Shown here piece after piece: positions 18,038 to 27,223 of a stretch of 56,078 nucleotides of DNA. The notes below the pieces were generated by a model that ran no database searches, was not told where the DNA came from, and saw only the letters and a list, made by a program, of their open reading frames with translations. Source of the DNA: a virus (taxonomy: Duplodnaviria; Caudoviricetes); IMG/VR virus record IMGVR_UViG_3300028126_000005, positions 1 to 56,078 of that record; one strand, given 5' to 3'. A program made the position numbers and the translations under genes. The first letter of the stretch is position 1. Each line of letters opens with the position of its first letter.

Positions 18038-20786
18038 TAGATTCATATCTATCTCTAGGTTGTTGAAGTTTCATATCTCTTACATCATCTTTTATTGATG
18101 CTAGAGCTCTTATAAAATTATTAAAATCATCTGCAGGTACTACTATGTACTTTCCTCCTATATTAATCTGAAGCATTAATCCTCTATCTCCACCTGAAAA
18201 TCTAGTTATTTGAATACCGTTTCTATCGTATAAGTCAGTAGCTTCATTAACTGATTCTTCCATATAATCTTCTAGATTCTTATCTACTGGTAATTGAAAT
18301 TTATCAGCTAATGCTAATACTATTTCTGCAGCTGCGTCTCTTTCTGATATATCATCGTTGTTAGACATATTTTCTATAGCCTTTAATACATCATCGAAAT
18401 CTCCTCTTCCTTCGCTTAACTCTTGATCTTTACCAATTCCAGATACTTTATCATCTTCTTTATCTAAAAGCTCTTTATGTTTTTGATTAATTAACTTTAC
18501 TTTTTGAATAAATGCTTTTCTTTTAGGATCGTCTTGAGGTAATTTATTCATAGCAGGAGCTTGTTGTTTAATAAGTCTCTTTGCTTTAATAATTTTATCT
18601 ATTTCTGAATTTTCTTCCATATTTTCTAACTGTAAACCATCTATGTTATCATAGCTAACTTCGTGCTCTTCTCCATCTTGATCTACTGCAAATACTGAAT
18701 CATCATTCCACATTGCAGCATTATCGTCATTACCGTTTTTTGGGTTATAAATAATTAAATACTTATCATCATGAGTTCTAATCATAGCATCGTCTGCTTG
18801 TCCTAAATAGGCTAGTAATTTATGTTTAGTCCATGGACCACTACTGTACTCTGAAACGTCTTTGTTTTCTAAAGCTAATTGGTCTATAGCAGGTTGTTTT
18901 TCTTCTGAATCTAAATAATGAAATGCTGCAGACATATAATCTCTAGCTAAGATAAGTTTCTTTTGCCACCAATTAGGAAAATCTACTTCTCCATCGTGTT
19001 TATCATATCTATTTAACTTTTTAACTAGTTTTGCTGCATATTGTGCAGTTTCAAATGCTGATGATTTAAGCATGTTAGGTTCATTATCTTGATGTCCTAT
19101 GTCTTTATCTTCTTCCATATAGTCTTTTTCTAATTCTCTATTTGATTGGTAGTCTGTTTCTTCTTGATCTTCTGCGGCAATTAATAAATTACCTAATTCC
19201 TTATCGTTATTCATTTTAGGATTCTTAAGAGTTACTGCATTTGGATGAGTATCTCCTCTACCTATATGAAGTTCGTAATCATCTTCTGAGTAGTTAGACT
19301 TAAGGTGGTCTACTACTGCTTGTATCATATCTAAATTATATCCGAAAGTAAATACATCGTCTCTATCGTTATAACCATCATTAACTTTACCAACAGCAGT
19401 ATCGTAGTCCATTTCTTTTCTACCTTTAGCTTTTGCTATAGCAGCGTCAATCTTATTAAGCATATCTCCATACTTATCTGCTATTGGACCTCCTTCTGGT
19501 TCAGCTTCCTGTTCCATATCTCTAAGTACCTCAGATCTTTTAGTTTGAAGTTTAGATAGTATTGCTAATTTTTTAGGAGGTATTGCTATTTGTTTTTCTT
19601 TATTTTTACCTATTTTAGACTTAAGTGCTCTCAGTTTCATTAAAACTGGGTCATTTAGGTTAGCTTCGTCTAAATCGTGACTTTTATCTACAATAGAAAT
19701 ATCGTTAGCTAGTAAGTCCATAGATAAGTCGTATATAAACTCTGCTGGATCTGAGTCAGGGTTATAGCGATCGTGATCAGTAGTTGCTGGTGTAAAATTA
19801 AAATATACAATTACATTACCATCTCCATCATCATCAACTATATCAGTATTTACATATTCTCTGTCTATATTTTGATCTATTATCTGTATAGCTTTCTTAT
19901 AGTCGTTTTTAGATACTTTAATATAAGTTGTTTGATGTGGTGCTTCTTTTAAATGTTTTTTTACTTTATCATAAGAAGCTCCTTTGTCTACCATTCTTAA
20001 AGCTTTAGCTGCTCCTTTCTTTTTATCATCAGGAATATCATTATCTGAAGCTACCATATCATCGTACTCGTCTTCTTTTAAGCCTTTTTCTTTAGCAATT
20101 AAATTTTGTATTGCTATAATTTTATCTTTATCGGGGTGATTAGCTAATCTTTCAGCTTCTTTAGCATCTGCGAATTCTTGATCAGTCATTTCTGATATCT
20201 TTTTAAAGTATTTAGACATTTCGTTTTTTATTAATTCAGTATTTAATAAAGGTTCTCCAGAAGGTTTAATACCTACATCTGATAGTTTTACGTCTTTATT
20301 ATCTGCTAAATAATATAAAACGTTATTTATAATTTGAAATCTATAAGATACTTCAGAATCATTTTTGTATATAATATGAACTGTAAAAGCTTCAGGAGAT
20401 GAATCTCCAGATAAAGCAGAAGCATATACATCTTTTACTTTAGCTCTTGATACTTCATCACCAGACTGCTGTATTACTTGAACTACTGCTTTACCAGCTT
20501 CTTTTGCAATTAATGATACTTCTTTCTTTGATAGTTTTTCTACTTCTTCTTCTTCTTTTGTAAGTTTGACTCTAGCACCGTCTTTTGCAAGTTCTTTTGC
20601 TTTTCTTTCATCATCAGTAAAAATTACTCCATCTTCAGCTTCATTAAGTTTTTTTTGTAATGATTCCTTAAGTATTTCTAGTTTAGCTATAGTTTTTGTA
20701 TCTTTTCCTTTAGAAGTACTATCTTTTAATTTATTAAGGGTATACTCACATTTAGAAAGTCTATCTTTTATTTCCTGATAAGTCAT
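18030..20786 (-). CDS. 918-aa modular probable head-internal polyprotein
   Basis: Short unrelated modules separated by [LIVM]xE sites; TATTTAT motif upstream. Confidence 0.6.
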   Translation of the reverse strand: MTYQEIKDRLSKCEYTLNKLKDSTSKGKDTKTIAKLEILKESLQKKLNEAEDGVIFTDDERKAKELAKDGARVKLTKEEEEVEKLSKKEVSLIAKEAGKAVVQVIQQSGDEVSRAKVKDVYASALSGDSSPEAFTVHIIYKNDSEVSYRFQIINNVLYYLADNKDVKLSDVGIKPSGEPLLNTELIKNEMSKYFKKISEMTDQEFADAKEAERLANHPDKDKIIAIQNLIAKEKGLKEDEYDDMVASDNDIPDDKKKGAAKALRMVDKGASYDKVKKHLKEAPHQTTYIKVSKNDYKKAIQIIDQNIDREYVNTDIVDDDGDGNVIVYFNFTPATTDHDRYNPDSDPAEFIYDLSMDLLANDISIVDKSHDLDEANLNDPVLMKLRALKSKIGKNKEKQIAIPPKKLAILSKLQTKRSEVLRDMEQEAEPEGGPIADKYGDMLNKIDAAIAKAKGRKEMDYDTAVGKVNDGYNDRDDVFTFGYNLDMIQAVVDHLKSNYSEDDYELHIGRGDTHPNAVTLKNPKMNNDKELGNLLIAAEDQEETDYQSNRELEKDYMEEDKDIGHQDNEPNMLKSSAFETAQYAAKLVKKLNRYDKHDGEVDFPNWWQKKLILARDYMSAAFHYLDSEEKQPAIDQLALENKDVSEYSSGPWTKHKLLAYLGQADDAMIRTHDDKYLIIYNPKNGNDDNAAMWNDDSVFAVDQDGEEHEVSYDNIDGLQLENMEENSEIDKIIKAKRLIKQQAPAMNKLPQDDPKRKAFIQKVKLINQKHKELLDKEDDKVSGIGKDQELSEGRGDFDDVLKAIENMSNNDDISERDAAAEIVLALADKFQLPVDKNLEDYMEESVNEATDLYDRNGIQITRFSGGDRGLMLQINIGGKYIVVPADDFNNFIRALASIKDDVRDMKLQQPRDRYESNE

Positions 20787-20806
20787 ATTAGTTTTATTAT
20801 ATACGT

Positions 20807-20821
20807 ATATAAATAAATAGA
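20807..20821 (-). promoter_or_regulatory. Putative late promoter (sense TCTATTTATTTATAT)
   Basis: TATTTAT motif in the intergenic gap. Confidence 0.6.
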
Positions 20822-20830
20822 TTCTTATTA

Positions 20831-21055
20831 CTATTTCTTCTTTCCGCCTTTCATGTTAGCACACCAGTGGTACATTTTACCTTTTTCACCGCCGGACTTT
20901 TTAGCCTTAGCTCTCAATGAAGAAACTGATCCTTTACATGATGCTCCAGACTTTTTAACACGGCCAGGCTTTGACTTGCCTTTCTTTTTACCGTCTTTAA
21001 AGTTTTCGGCTGCAAGTATCTCTCCTATAAGCTGTGCTAAAGTAGATCTAGTCAT
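20831..21055 (-). CDS. Small Lys/Gly-rich basic protein
   Basis: Amphipathic leader ending ILAAE, then a basic module with 2 Cys. Confidence 0.65.
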   Translation of the reverse strand: MTRSTLAQLIGEILAAENFKDGKKKGKSKPGRVKKSGASCKGSVSSLRAKAKKSGGEKGKMYHWCANMKGGKKK

Positions 21056-21473
21056 TTCTTTCTCCCCACTCTAGTGAAACTTTATCATCGCTAATCGGTC
21101 CGCCTTTTGCCCATGTTCTACAGCTTCTAGCTGAGTGACATTTAAAGTGGTGCATCCAACAGTACCCTAATCTACCATCTTGATCTGAAGTAACTCCAGG
21201 CATACATTCATCCATTCTAGGTGAAATATCAAATGCTACACAATTACTACAGTTAGAGGCTTTAGCTGCTTCTAAAGACGTATTCCAATATTTAGCTATA
21301 TCTTTCCAGTAGCTACCAGGTTCATCTACATTTAATGGTCCATACTGAATATGTTCTGCTTTTATAGAAGCATCTCTATTCTTAGTATTTAATTCTAAAT
21401 CACCAGTAGCAGCAGGACAAGAATCTTTTTCTTCTTGTAGCTTAAAGTTTAGAATGTCTTTGAATCTTATCAT
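21048..21473 (-). CDS. Cys/His-rich putative metal-binding protein
   Basis: Leader MIRFKDIL..LQE; CSNC...GYCWMHHFKCHSARSCRTW. Confidence 0.7.
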   Translation of the reverse strand: MIRFKDILNFKLQEEKDSCPAATGDLELNTKNRDASIKAEHIQYGPLNVDEPGSYWKDIAKYWNTSLEAAKASNCSNCVAFDISPRMDECMPGVTSDQDGRLGYCWMHHFKCHSARSCRTWAKGGPISDDKVSLEWGERND

Positions 21474-21474
21474 G

Positions 21475-22071
21475 TTATTTCTTTTTCCAGATTTCTCCTC
21501 TTCTACATCTTACAACTGCTCCAGAAGCATAAGCTGATGGCCAGGTGTCATATTTCTGTTTTGCTAATCTAGTACATCTATCATCTTCTTGAAGTACATC
21601 TTCTTTTTGTTGCATTTCTGCTATCGTACCGACTACTAGGTTTCTAATATCTTCTTTAGTTACTTTTTTATACCCTGATCCATAAGGTGCTGCTTTACCG
21701 TCTTCAGGATTAGCAGTTTCTTTTTTACTCTTTTCTTTTTCTTTAGCTTTCTTAGCATGAGCTATTCTTTGCTGTATCATTACTGGGTGAGATTGTGCTT
21801 CTTTTTTTACTGTTGCTTTTTTAGTATTTTTCACGACTGTCTTTCCTTTACTACCTGCTTTCTTTTTCTTGGCTGCAGTAGCGGCTCTTTGGCCTTTAGT
21901 TAAACTCTGTGCTTTTGCTTTTGGTAAACATCTATCAGGATTTTTTTTATTCTTAGAAGTCCCACATTTACCGGCTATATTTCCAGAAGAAGATATACGT
22001 ACCCACTTTTCTTTCTTAAACCAGTCTCTTAAAGACTCTAATGTAATATTTTTTACTTCCTCGTTAGTCAT
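21475..22071 (-). CDS. Basic modular protein
   Basis: SLRDWFKKEKWV..C..RCLP and DDRC..WPSAYASGAVVRC modules, each following an LE/LQE site. Confidence 0.7.
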   Translation of the reverse strand: MTNEEVKNITLESLRDWFKKEKWVRISSSGNIAGKCGTSKNKKNPDRCLPKAKAQSLTKGQRAATAAKKKKAGSKGKTVVKNTKKATVKKEAQSHPVMIQQRIAHAKKAKEKEKSKKETANPEDGKAAPYGSGYKKVTKEDIRNLVVGTIAEMQQKEDVLQEDDRCTRLAKQKYDTWPSAYASGAVVRCRRGEIWKKK

Positions 22072-22430
22072 TATCCATTAAGTTCAGAATGCATCATAAA
22101 CATTCTAATTACAATAGCTGCTATGATACCAAAAATTATCCATAGAGCTCTAGTGACTCCTTCTTTCCAGTTTTTAAGAGATTCTACCTCTAACATTTTA
22201 GCTTCGAATTCTTTTTGATTAGCTTGAAGTTGCTGTCTATGCTCTGTGTTTTTATTAGTATTTACTATAACTCCATTGTCTGGGTTAAGTAAAGTAAATT
22301 TCATTTCTGATATATCTTCTTTTAATTCAGACATATCTGTTTGCATTTGCTTCAATTCTCCGTTAGGCATATGTGTCTTGATATGCTTAATTTCGTTTAA
22401 TACTGATTCTAGGATATCTTTTTGAGTCAC
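22071..22430 (-). CDS. Coiled-coil protein with C-terminal transmembrane helix (possible lysis/membrane protein)
   Basis: GTG start; ALWIIFGIIAAIVIRMFM. Confidence 0.6.
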   Translation of the reverse strand: MTQKDILESVLNEIKHIKTHMPNGELKQMQTDMSELKEDISEMKFTLLNPDNGVIVNTNKNTEHRQQLQANQKEFEAKMLEVESLKNWKEGVTRALWIIFGIIAAIVIRMFMMHSELNG

Positions 22431-22440
22431 GCTATATATT

Positions 22441-22454
22441 TTTAATAAATAGTT
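22441..22454 (-). promoter_or_regulatory. Putative late promoter (sense AACTATTTATTAAA)
   Basis: TATTTAT motif upstream of the 22430 start. Confidence 0.6.
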
Positions 22455-23031
22455 ACACTTTTGACCTTAGGTGCTTAACATAATCTTTTAAACCGGTAAG
22501 TATTTTATCTTTATGAATATTAGACATTCCTCCCCAGTTTTCAACCGTACCATCTTCTGTAACAAAATTATCAGATGTTGATAATGTCTCTAACGCCCAC
22601 GCTTCTATATCGTCAGCAAATGCTTTTATATTAGCAGACATCATTCTCTCTTCATATTTCTCAAATAGACCTGCTTTTACTAATGTAGCTTCCATTTCAA
22701 CCGTACATGGATCAAAACAAAAACCATGAACACGATACATCTTTTTAGCTAGGTGATGTTTCATTGGTCCATTACATTTAGGACACCTTAATGGTACTTG
22801 AGTAAATTTTTTAACGCCATCAAGCTTAGTAATATTTTGTTTGATACCGTTTTTAATAGTCCACTTTTTTCCTTTTTCTTCCCAGACATCTCCTTCTACA
22901 TGGTATTCGTAAGCTTTTTTATATCCAGCTTGAAGTTTAGTTTTAGCTGTAAAATCTTTGTTGACTATATTTCTAACTCTCTGTACGTCAGAATGTTTAA
23001 ATTCTTTCTTTAATAGTGATTCACTACTCAT
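22453..23031 (-). CDS. Hypothetical zinc-finger protein
   Basis: CPKC...CFDPC. Confidence 0.65.
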   Translation of the reverse strand: MSSESLLKKEFKHSDVQRVRNIVNKDFTAKTKLQAGYKKAYEYHVEGDVWEEKGKKWTIKNGIKQNITKLDGVKKFTQVPLRCPKCNGPMKHHLAKKMYRVHGFCFDPCTVEMEATLVKAGLFEKYEERMMSANIKAFADDIEAWALETLSTSDNFVTEDGTVENWGGMSNIHKDKILTGLKDYVKHLRSKV

Positions 23032-23569
23032 ATCCTAATTCTTGTAATTGTTCTATAACATGGTCTACGTTGCCGTCTTTACATCTAATTGCTATACCGC
23101 CTTTAGCAGCCCATTCATTTATGTTTGATTTCTTATCGTCTATTAATATACTGTTTTCGTTTGCATACCTTTGTTTATCTTTAGAATAAGCCATAATAAC
23201 TTTTGGTTTAGGACTCAAGTTATTTTTAGCCCATAGCTGTTTACCTAATCTAGAAGCATTATCTCTAGAAGGAGAAGTTAATAAGTCTGGTTTATACGGA
23301 GAAATAAAATTCCATAGACGTTGTCCCTCAGGCATCCATTTCATTCCTACCCAGAATCTTACTCCAATTTTAACATCTATAAGTTCCCAGAAAGCTGGTA
23401 GTCCATGTTTCTTTTCGTACTCTTGGGGATGCATTCCGCTAAAGTGTTCAAACCTTGATTCGAAGTCTGTTAAAACTCCATCCATATCACAGTATATTTT
23501 ATACGGTGGTTTCTCTTTTTGTTCAGGAAGCGGGTATGCTTCTAATAAATCTACTATACTATTTTTCAT
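23024..23569 (-). CDS. HAD-superfamily 5'(3')-nucleotidase-like phosphatase
   Basis: IYCDMDGVLTDF (motif I), LLTSP, GKQLW, ILIDD. Confidence 0.88.
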   Translation of the reverse strand: MKNSIVDLLEAYPLPEQKEKPPYKIYCDMDGVLTDFESRFEHFSGMHPQEYEKKHGLPAFWELIDVKIGVRFWVGMKWMPEGQRLWNFISPYKPDLLTSPSRDNASRLGKQLWAKNNLSPKPKVIMAYSKDKQRYANENSILIDDKKSNINEWAAKGGIAIRCKDGNVDHVIEQLQELGYE

Positions 23570-23574
23570 AACCT

Positions 23575-24819
23575 TTATTTATTTTTAATTTTATCTTCCC
23601 AGTTACGGAAAGTTATGTTACCTCTTAAGTATGCTTCTTTTTCTATCTCTAGTAAAGATTCATCTTTGTTCGTATTATCTGTCTTTATATTATTTATTCT
23701 ACCTTCTAAGTTTTGTATATGGTGTATCATTTCATGAGTATATGATCTACATATATCTTTCATATGTCTGCCTTCTGTATATAAAACTATTTCATTATTA
23801 TTAGGATCGTAGTATGCTGTCCTACCGAAAAAGTTAGCTGCATTTACTGGGTCTTTTTTTACTTTTACTTCTGGTAGTGGTAATATGTTCATTTTTTCAT
23901 CAAGCATATACTCAGTAATAGAAGTAATATAGTCTTTAAGTTCTAACTTATCTTCTTTTTCATATAGTTTTTGACCTACAGCTTTATTATCATAAGGGTG
24001 AGGTTCTTTATAACTAAGTAGAATACGGTCTTCTTGAAAACTAACATGTACCGTAGGAGGAACTAATCTCTTTATATAATCGTATAGAATAGTTATTTTA
24101 TGTCTATCAGCTGATTTTATAGCTCCTTTAGGTGATACAGGTGTACCACTAGAACCTTCTTCTAATTTATCATCTTCTGAAAACCAGTTTTCAAATAAAT
24201 CTTCTAGTTTGCTGTTTAACATTTCTGCCACTATTTTTTGTTTTAAATCAGTTAGTATACTTAGTATTTCTCCTCTAGATAAGTCTTCTGGAAAAAAATC
24301 TATTATTTTATCTAAATTTCCAGATAGAATACTATTTCTAAAGTCTGTTGCTCTTACACCAGAATTAGGAGCAGACTGTAATGCCAATCCTTGAACGTTA
24401 TCAACATTATTAAATGTTGTTACTCTCTTTAGATCAACAAAGTCTTCTTCACCTCTTAACCCAGTTACAGCTACATATTCTTCTTCAGGGTTTTCTCTAG
24501 CATAATCTTTTGCTGCAAACATTGGGTTTTTCTGTCCATCTACTATTTCAACATTACCCAAATGTTTCATATAAATATTCCATATAGCAGTAGCTTCTTC
24601 TTTATCGATACCGTTTCTCTCTCCTCCGCCAATAAAAATAATAACTTTATCTATTTTAGGTTTATTATTAGAATTACCTTTAAATAAGTCAGAAGCTTTA
24701 TCTTTATAGTCATCTTTAGTATATACTGTTCCATTATAAGAACCGTCGAGTAAAGATTTTACTACGTTAAAATGACCTCTATGAGGTGGTTTAAATGCTC
24801 CTGGGTATAATGCTATCAT
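23575..24819 (-). CDS. HxGH nucleotidyltransferase (cytidylyltransferase-like) fused to an HExxH metallopeptidase-like domain
   Basis: N-terminal PGAFKPPHRGH and VRATDFR; C-terminal YTHEMIHHIQ...EKEAY. Confidence 0.82.
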   Translation of the reverse strand: MIALYPGAFKPPHRGHFNVVKSLLDGSYNGTVYTKDDYKDKASDLFKGNSNNKPKIDKVIIFIGGGERNGIDKEEATAIWNIYMKHLGNVEIVDGQKNPMFAAKDYARENPEEEYVAVTGLRGEEDFVDLKRVTTFNNVDNVQGLALQSAPNSGVRATDFRNSILSGNLDKIIDFFPEDLSRGEILSILTDLKQKIVAEMLNSKLEDLFENWFSEDDKLEEGSSGTPVSPKGAIKSADRHKITILYDYIKRLVPPTVHVSFQEDRILLSYKEPHPYDNKAVGQKLYEKEDKLELKDYITSITEYMLDEKMNILPLPEVKVKKDPVNAANFFGRTAYYDPNNNEIVLYTEGRHMKDICRSYTHEMIHHIQNLEGRINNIKTDNTNKDESLLEIEKEAYLRGNITFRNWEDKIKNK

Positions 24820-25754
24820 GCTAAGAATGATTGAACTTTACTATCTATTTCAGCAGGTGTAGAGTGCTGTAGTTTCTTTTGAAAGAGCGGTGAAAATAAC
24901 ATATCAGCAATACTATCTAATACTGCTTCATTATCTTTATCCGATTTTTCTTTTCTATCTCTATACTTTTTTAAAGCATCTCTAAGTTTATCTTCTCCTG
25001 GACCTGCTCCTATCTTCTGATAAGTTTTTAAGAATGCTTGTTTAAGTGCTTTATCCTCTGATCTATTATTCTTATCGTAATCTATATTTGCAACTGCTTT
25101 AGAGAATTCATCTTCTTCTTGTCTTGACATCTCTACTGGTTTAAAAAATGAGGATTTACCAGCTCCTGTTTTATCATTATATTTTTGTAAGTAATCTTTT
25201 ATACCTATAGGACCGTTCTTAGCAGCAGTATTAAATGCTTCTATTTCTTCTGCATATTTATCTCCTCTATCATTTACATGTATAGATAAATTACCGTTTA
25301 GTTTTCTATTTAAATCCCCAATTTTTTGGTAAGCATTTCTCCAGGTAGAAAATACAGCTGAAGAATTTACATTACGTCCTCTTTCGAAATTAGATATATA
25401 AGAAATCATAGGGTGAGTATAAACCATAACCATATAAACTTTATATCCTAAGCTTAATAGCTTATCTAAAGTTTTATCAAACTTTTTACCGGCAGCGGTT
25501 GTATCCCATACAAAACTAGTCTTATTGTCAGCTGCAGCGTTAACGTCTTTCTCGACTTGGCTGCTGGCTGCTCCTAGATTGTTGTGGTACGGGTGGTCCG
25601 GATCCTCTACGTACTTGTCCGGGTTGAACTGTTCTAGACTGTCTAATGATAGTTGATTGAGTAGGTACGTTTTCCCTGCTCCAGCTCCTCCCGCCATTAT
25701 TACCGCTTTCGGGCCTGCCGTAGCCTCTAATATCAGGTCTGATAGTTTTATCAT
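24816..25754 (-). CDS. P-loop kinase (zeta-toxin/AAA_33-like)
   Basis: PKAVIMAGGAGAGKT, NPD, FVWDTT, NFERGR; leader MIKLSDLILE. Confidence 0.8.
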   Translation of the reverse strand: MIKLSDLILEATAGPKAVIMAGGAGAGKTYLLNQLSLDSLEQFNPDKYVEDPDHPYHNNLGAASSQVEKDVNAAADNKTSFVWDTTAAGKKFDKTLDKLLSLGYKVYMVMVYTHPMISYISNFERGRNVNSSAVFSTWRNAYQKIGDLNRKLNGNLSIHVNDRGDKYAEEIEAFNTAAKNGPIGIKDYLQKYNDKTGAGKSSFFKPVEMSRQEEDEFSKAVANIDYDKNNRSEDKALKQAFLKTYQKIGAGPGEDKLRDALKKYRDRKEKSDKDNEAVLDSIADMLFSPLFQKKLQHSTPAEIDSKVQSFLA

Positions 25755-26418
25755 TGTTTAATTGATTTGGATTGTTATACTCTCTTATTCTTATATTTTT
25801 ATTTCCTCTTTTAAGTAAATCAACAGAACGTCTTAACTCTGTTTCATTATTTTCAGGTCTATTATATACTCTTACATTAGTATTATTATTACTATTGTTG
25901 TAACTTCTTACCTTATTATAGTTTCTTTGAACTATATCGTTATCGTTATATTGACTTCCTCTTCTAGTTTTAGCATAAGCTATATGCTCTCTATTCCAAA
26001 TATGGAAATTGCTATAGTAAGGGTCCCAACTATTCCATCCCCAGCTTCTAAATCCATAAGGGTCCCAGCTATTAAAGCCTCTCCATCCATAATTAAAATT
26101 CCAGTCAAACCAGAAGTCGTATCTGTTAACATATATATCCCATGGTGAAAGATTCCTTCTATACTTAAATAAAAAGTTTCTGTTATAAAAAGAATAGTAC
26201 CACCTAAGGTCCTGATTAACAGCAAACTGAGTGTAGTTCCATCTAAATTTGTCATCGTAATTAAACTTTCTATGGAGTGCAAACTCACTATCAATCACAT
26301 CTACCTTTATACCTGTTGAGGTCACAAATGCTTTAGGAGTGTGATTAAGAGTAGCAACTTTAAAATTACCACAGCTAGTTAATAAAAATAGTACAAATAA
26401 AAATGTTATCTTTTTCAT
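25540..26418 (-). CDS. Lipoprotein with W/Y/G-rich core and R/N/S-rich tail
   Basis: Signal peptide MKKITFLFVLFLLTS-C; 215-nt overlap with the downstream kinase gene. Confidence 0.7.
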   Translation of the reverse strand: MKKITFLFVLFLLTSCGNFKVATLNHTPKAFVTSTGIKVDVIDSEFALHRKFNYDDKFRWNYTQFAVNQDLRWYYSFYNRNFLFKYRRNLSPWDIYVNRYDFWFDWNFNYGWRGFNSWDPYGFRSWGWNSWDPYYSNFHIWNREHIAYAKTRRGSQYNDNDIVQRNYNKVRSYNNSNNNTNVRVYNRPENNETELRRSVDLLKRGNKNIRIREYNNPNQLNNDKTIRPDIRGYGRPESGNNGGRSWSRENVPTQSTIIRQSRTVQPGQVRRGSGPPVPQQSRSSQQPSRERR

Positions 26419-26427
26419 ATAAATGGT

Positions 26428-26442
26428 TTATTATAAATAGTT
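26428..26442 (-). promoter_or_regulatory. Putative late promoter (sense AACTATTTATAATAA)
   Basis: TATTTATA motif upstream of the 26418 start. Confidence 0.6.
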
Positions 26443-27223
26443 AAACTTTTATTGTAGTAGGGTAACTATTATAAATCGGTTCAGTATTAGGGTTCTCTAA
26501 CTGATATAGCTCATATATGTTTTGAAATAGTTTAAAGTTTTTCTCTATTTCATCAACCTGAAGTACTTTCCATCCTTTTCCTTGCATTACTCCTTTCTGT
26601 TTACTAGGTCCTCTACATTTAGCTTTGAGCCATATGATCCCGGTTCTTTCTATATCTACGTCTCTACTCTCTTTTAACGCTTTAGCATAAGAAGCTAACT
26701 GTAGATCATATGATTTATGTATACTGTTAGAAGTTTTAAGGTCCAATAGCCATACCTCTCCGTTAATCTTACAGACTATATCTGCAGTACCAGCATACTT
26801 ATACTTGTCAGACCATACAAATTGTTCAGAAGATATAAGTTCAGGTTTATACGTCTTCCAAAACTCTGCAAATTTTAATATCATCTCCCATACTATCTGA
26901 GAGTATTTAGCATTACCGTAATCATCCATCCAGGAGATCTCTTCTCCTTCTACTAATTTTTCAGCAGCTTCATGTACTTGAGTACCTTCTTTACCTGCTC
27001 GTCTCATTATAAGATCAGCGTTATGCCCAACGTCTTTGAGCCATGACTCGAAAAACTTATTTTTGGGCATATATTGGAGTATAGTGGTTACGGACGGGTA
27101 GTATACTCCTTCGCTTCTCTTATAAACTCTCCTATCTAGAAAGTTTATTTGTTTTAACTCTGGATTAAAATCCAGCCTCTTTTTTTCATTCTGCTTGAGA
27201 ATGTTCATTCCTTGTTTGATCAT
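26441..27223 (-). CDS. PD-(D/E)XK exonuclease
   Basis: YPSVTTIL, GTQVH, YAGTAD, LDLKTS, QLASY. Confidence 0.88.
   Translation of the reverse strand: MIKQGMNILKQNEKKRLDFNPELKQINFLDRRVYKRSEGVYYPSVTTILQYMPKNKFFESWLKDVGHNADLIMRRAGKEGTQVHEAAEKLVEGEEISWMDDYGNAKYSQIVWEMILKFAEFWKTYKPELISSEQFVWSDKYKYAGTADIVCKINGEVWLLDLKTSNSIHKSYDLQLASYAKALKESRDVDIERTGIIWLKAKCRGPSKQKGVMQGKGWKVLQVDEIEKNFKLFQNIYELYQLENPNTEPIYNSYPTTIKV

Noticed and set aside
22071-22430. MTQKDILESVLNE as a capsid-targeting leader
   Set aside because: The protein has a C-terminal transmembrane helix and the match is explained by coiled-coil periodicity; excluded from the cargo list.
25980-26294. 104-aa minus-strand ORF nested in the lipoprotein gene
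   Set aside because: Alternative frame with no motif or independent start signal.
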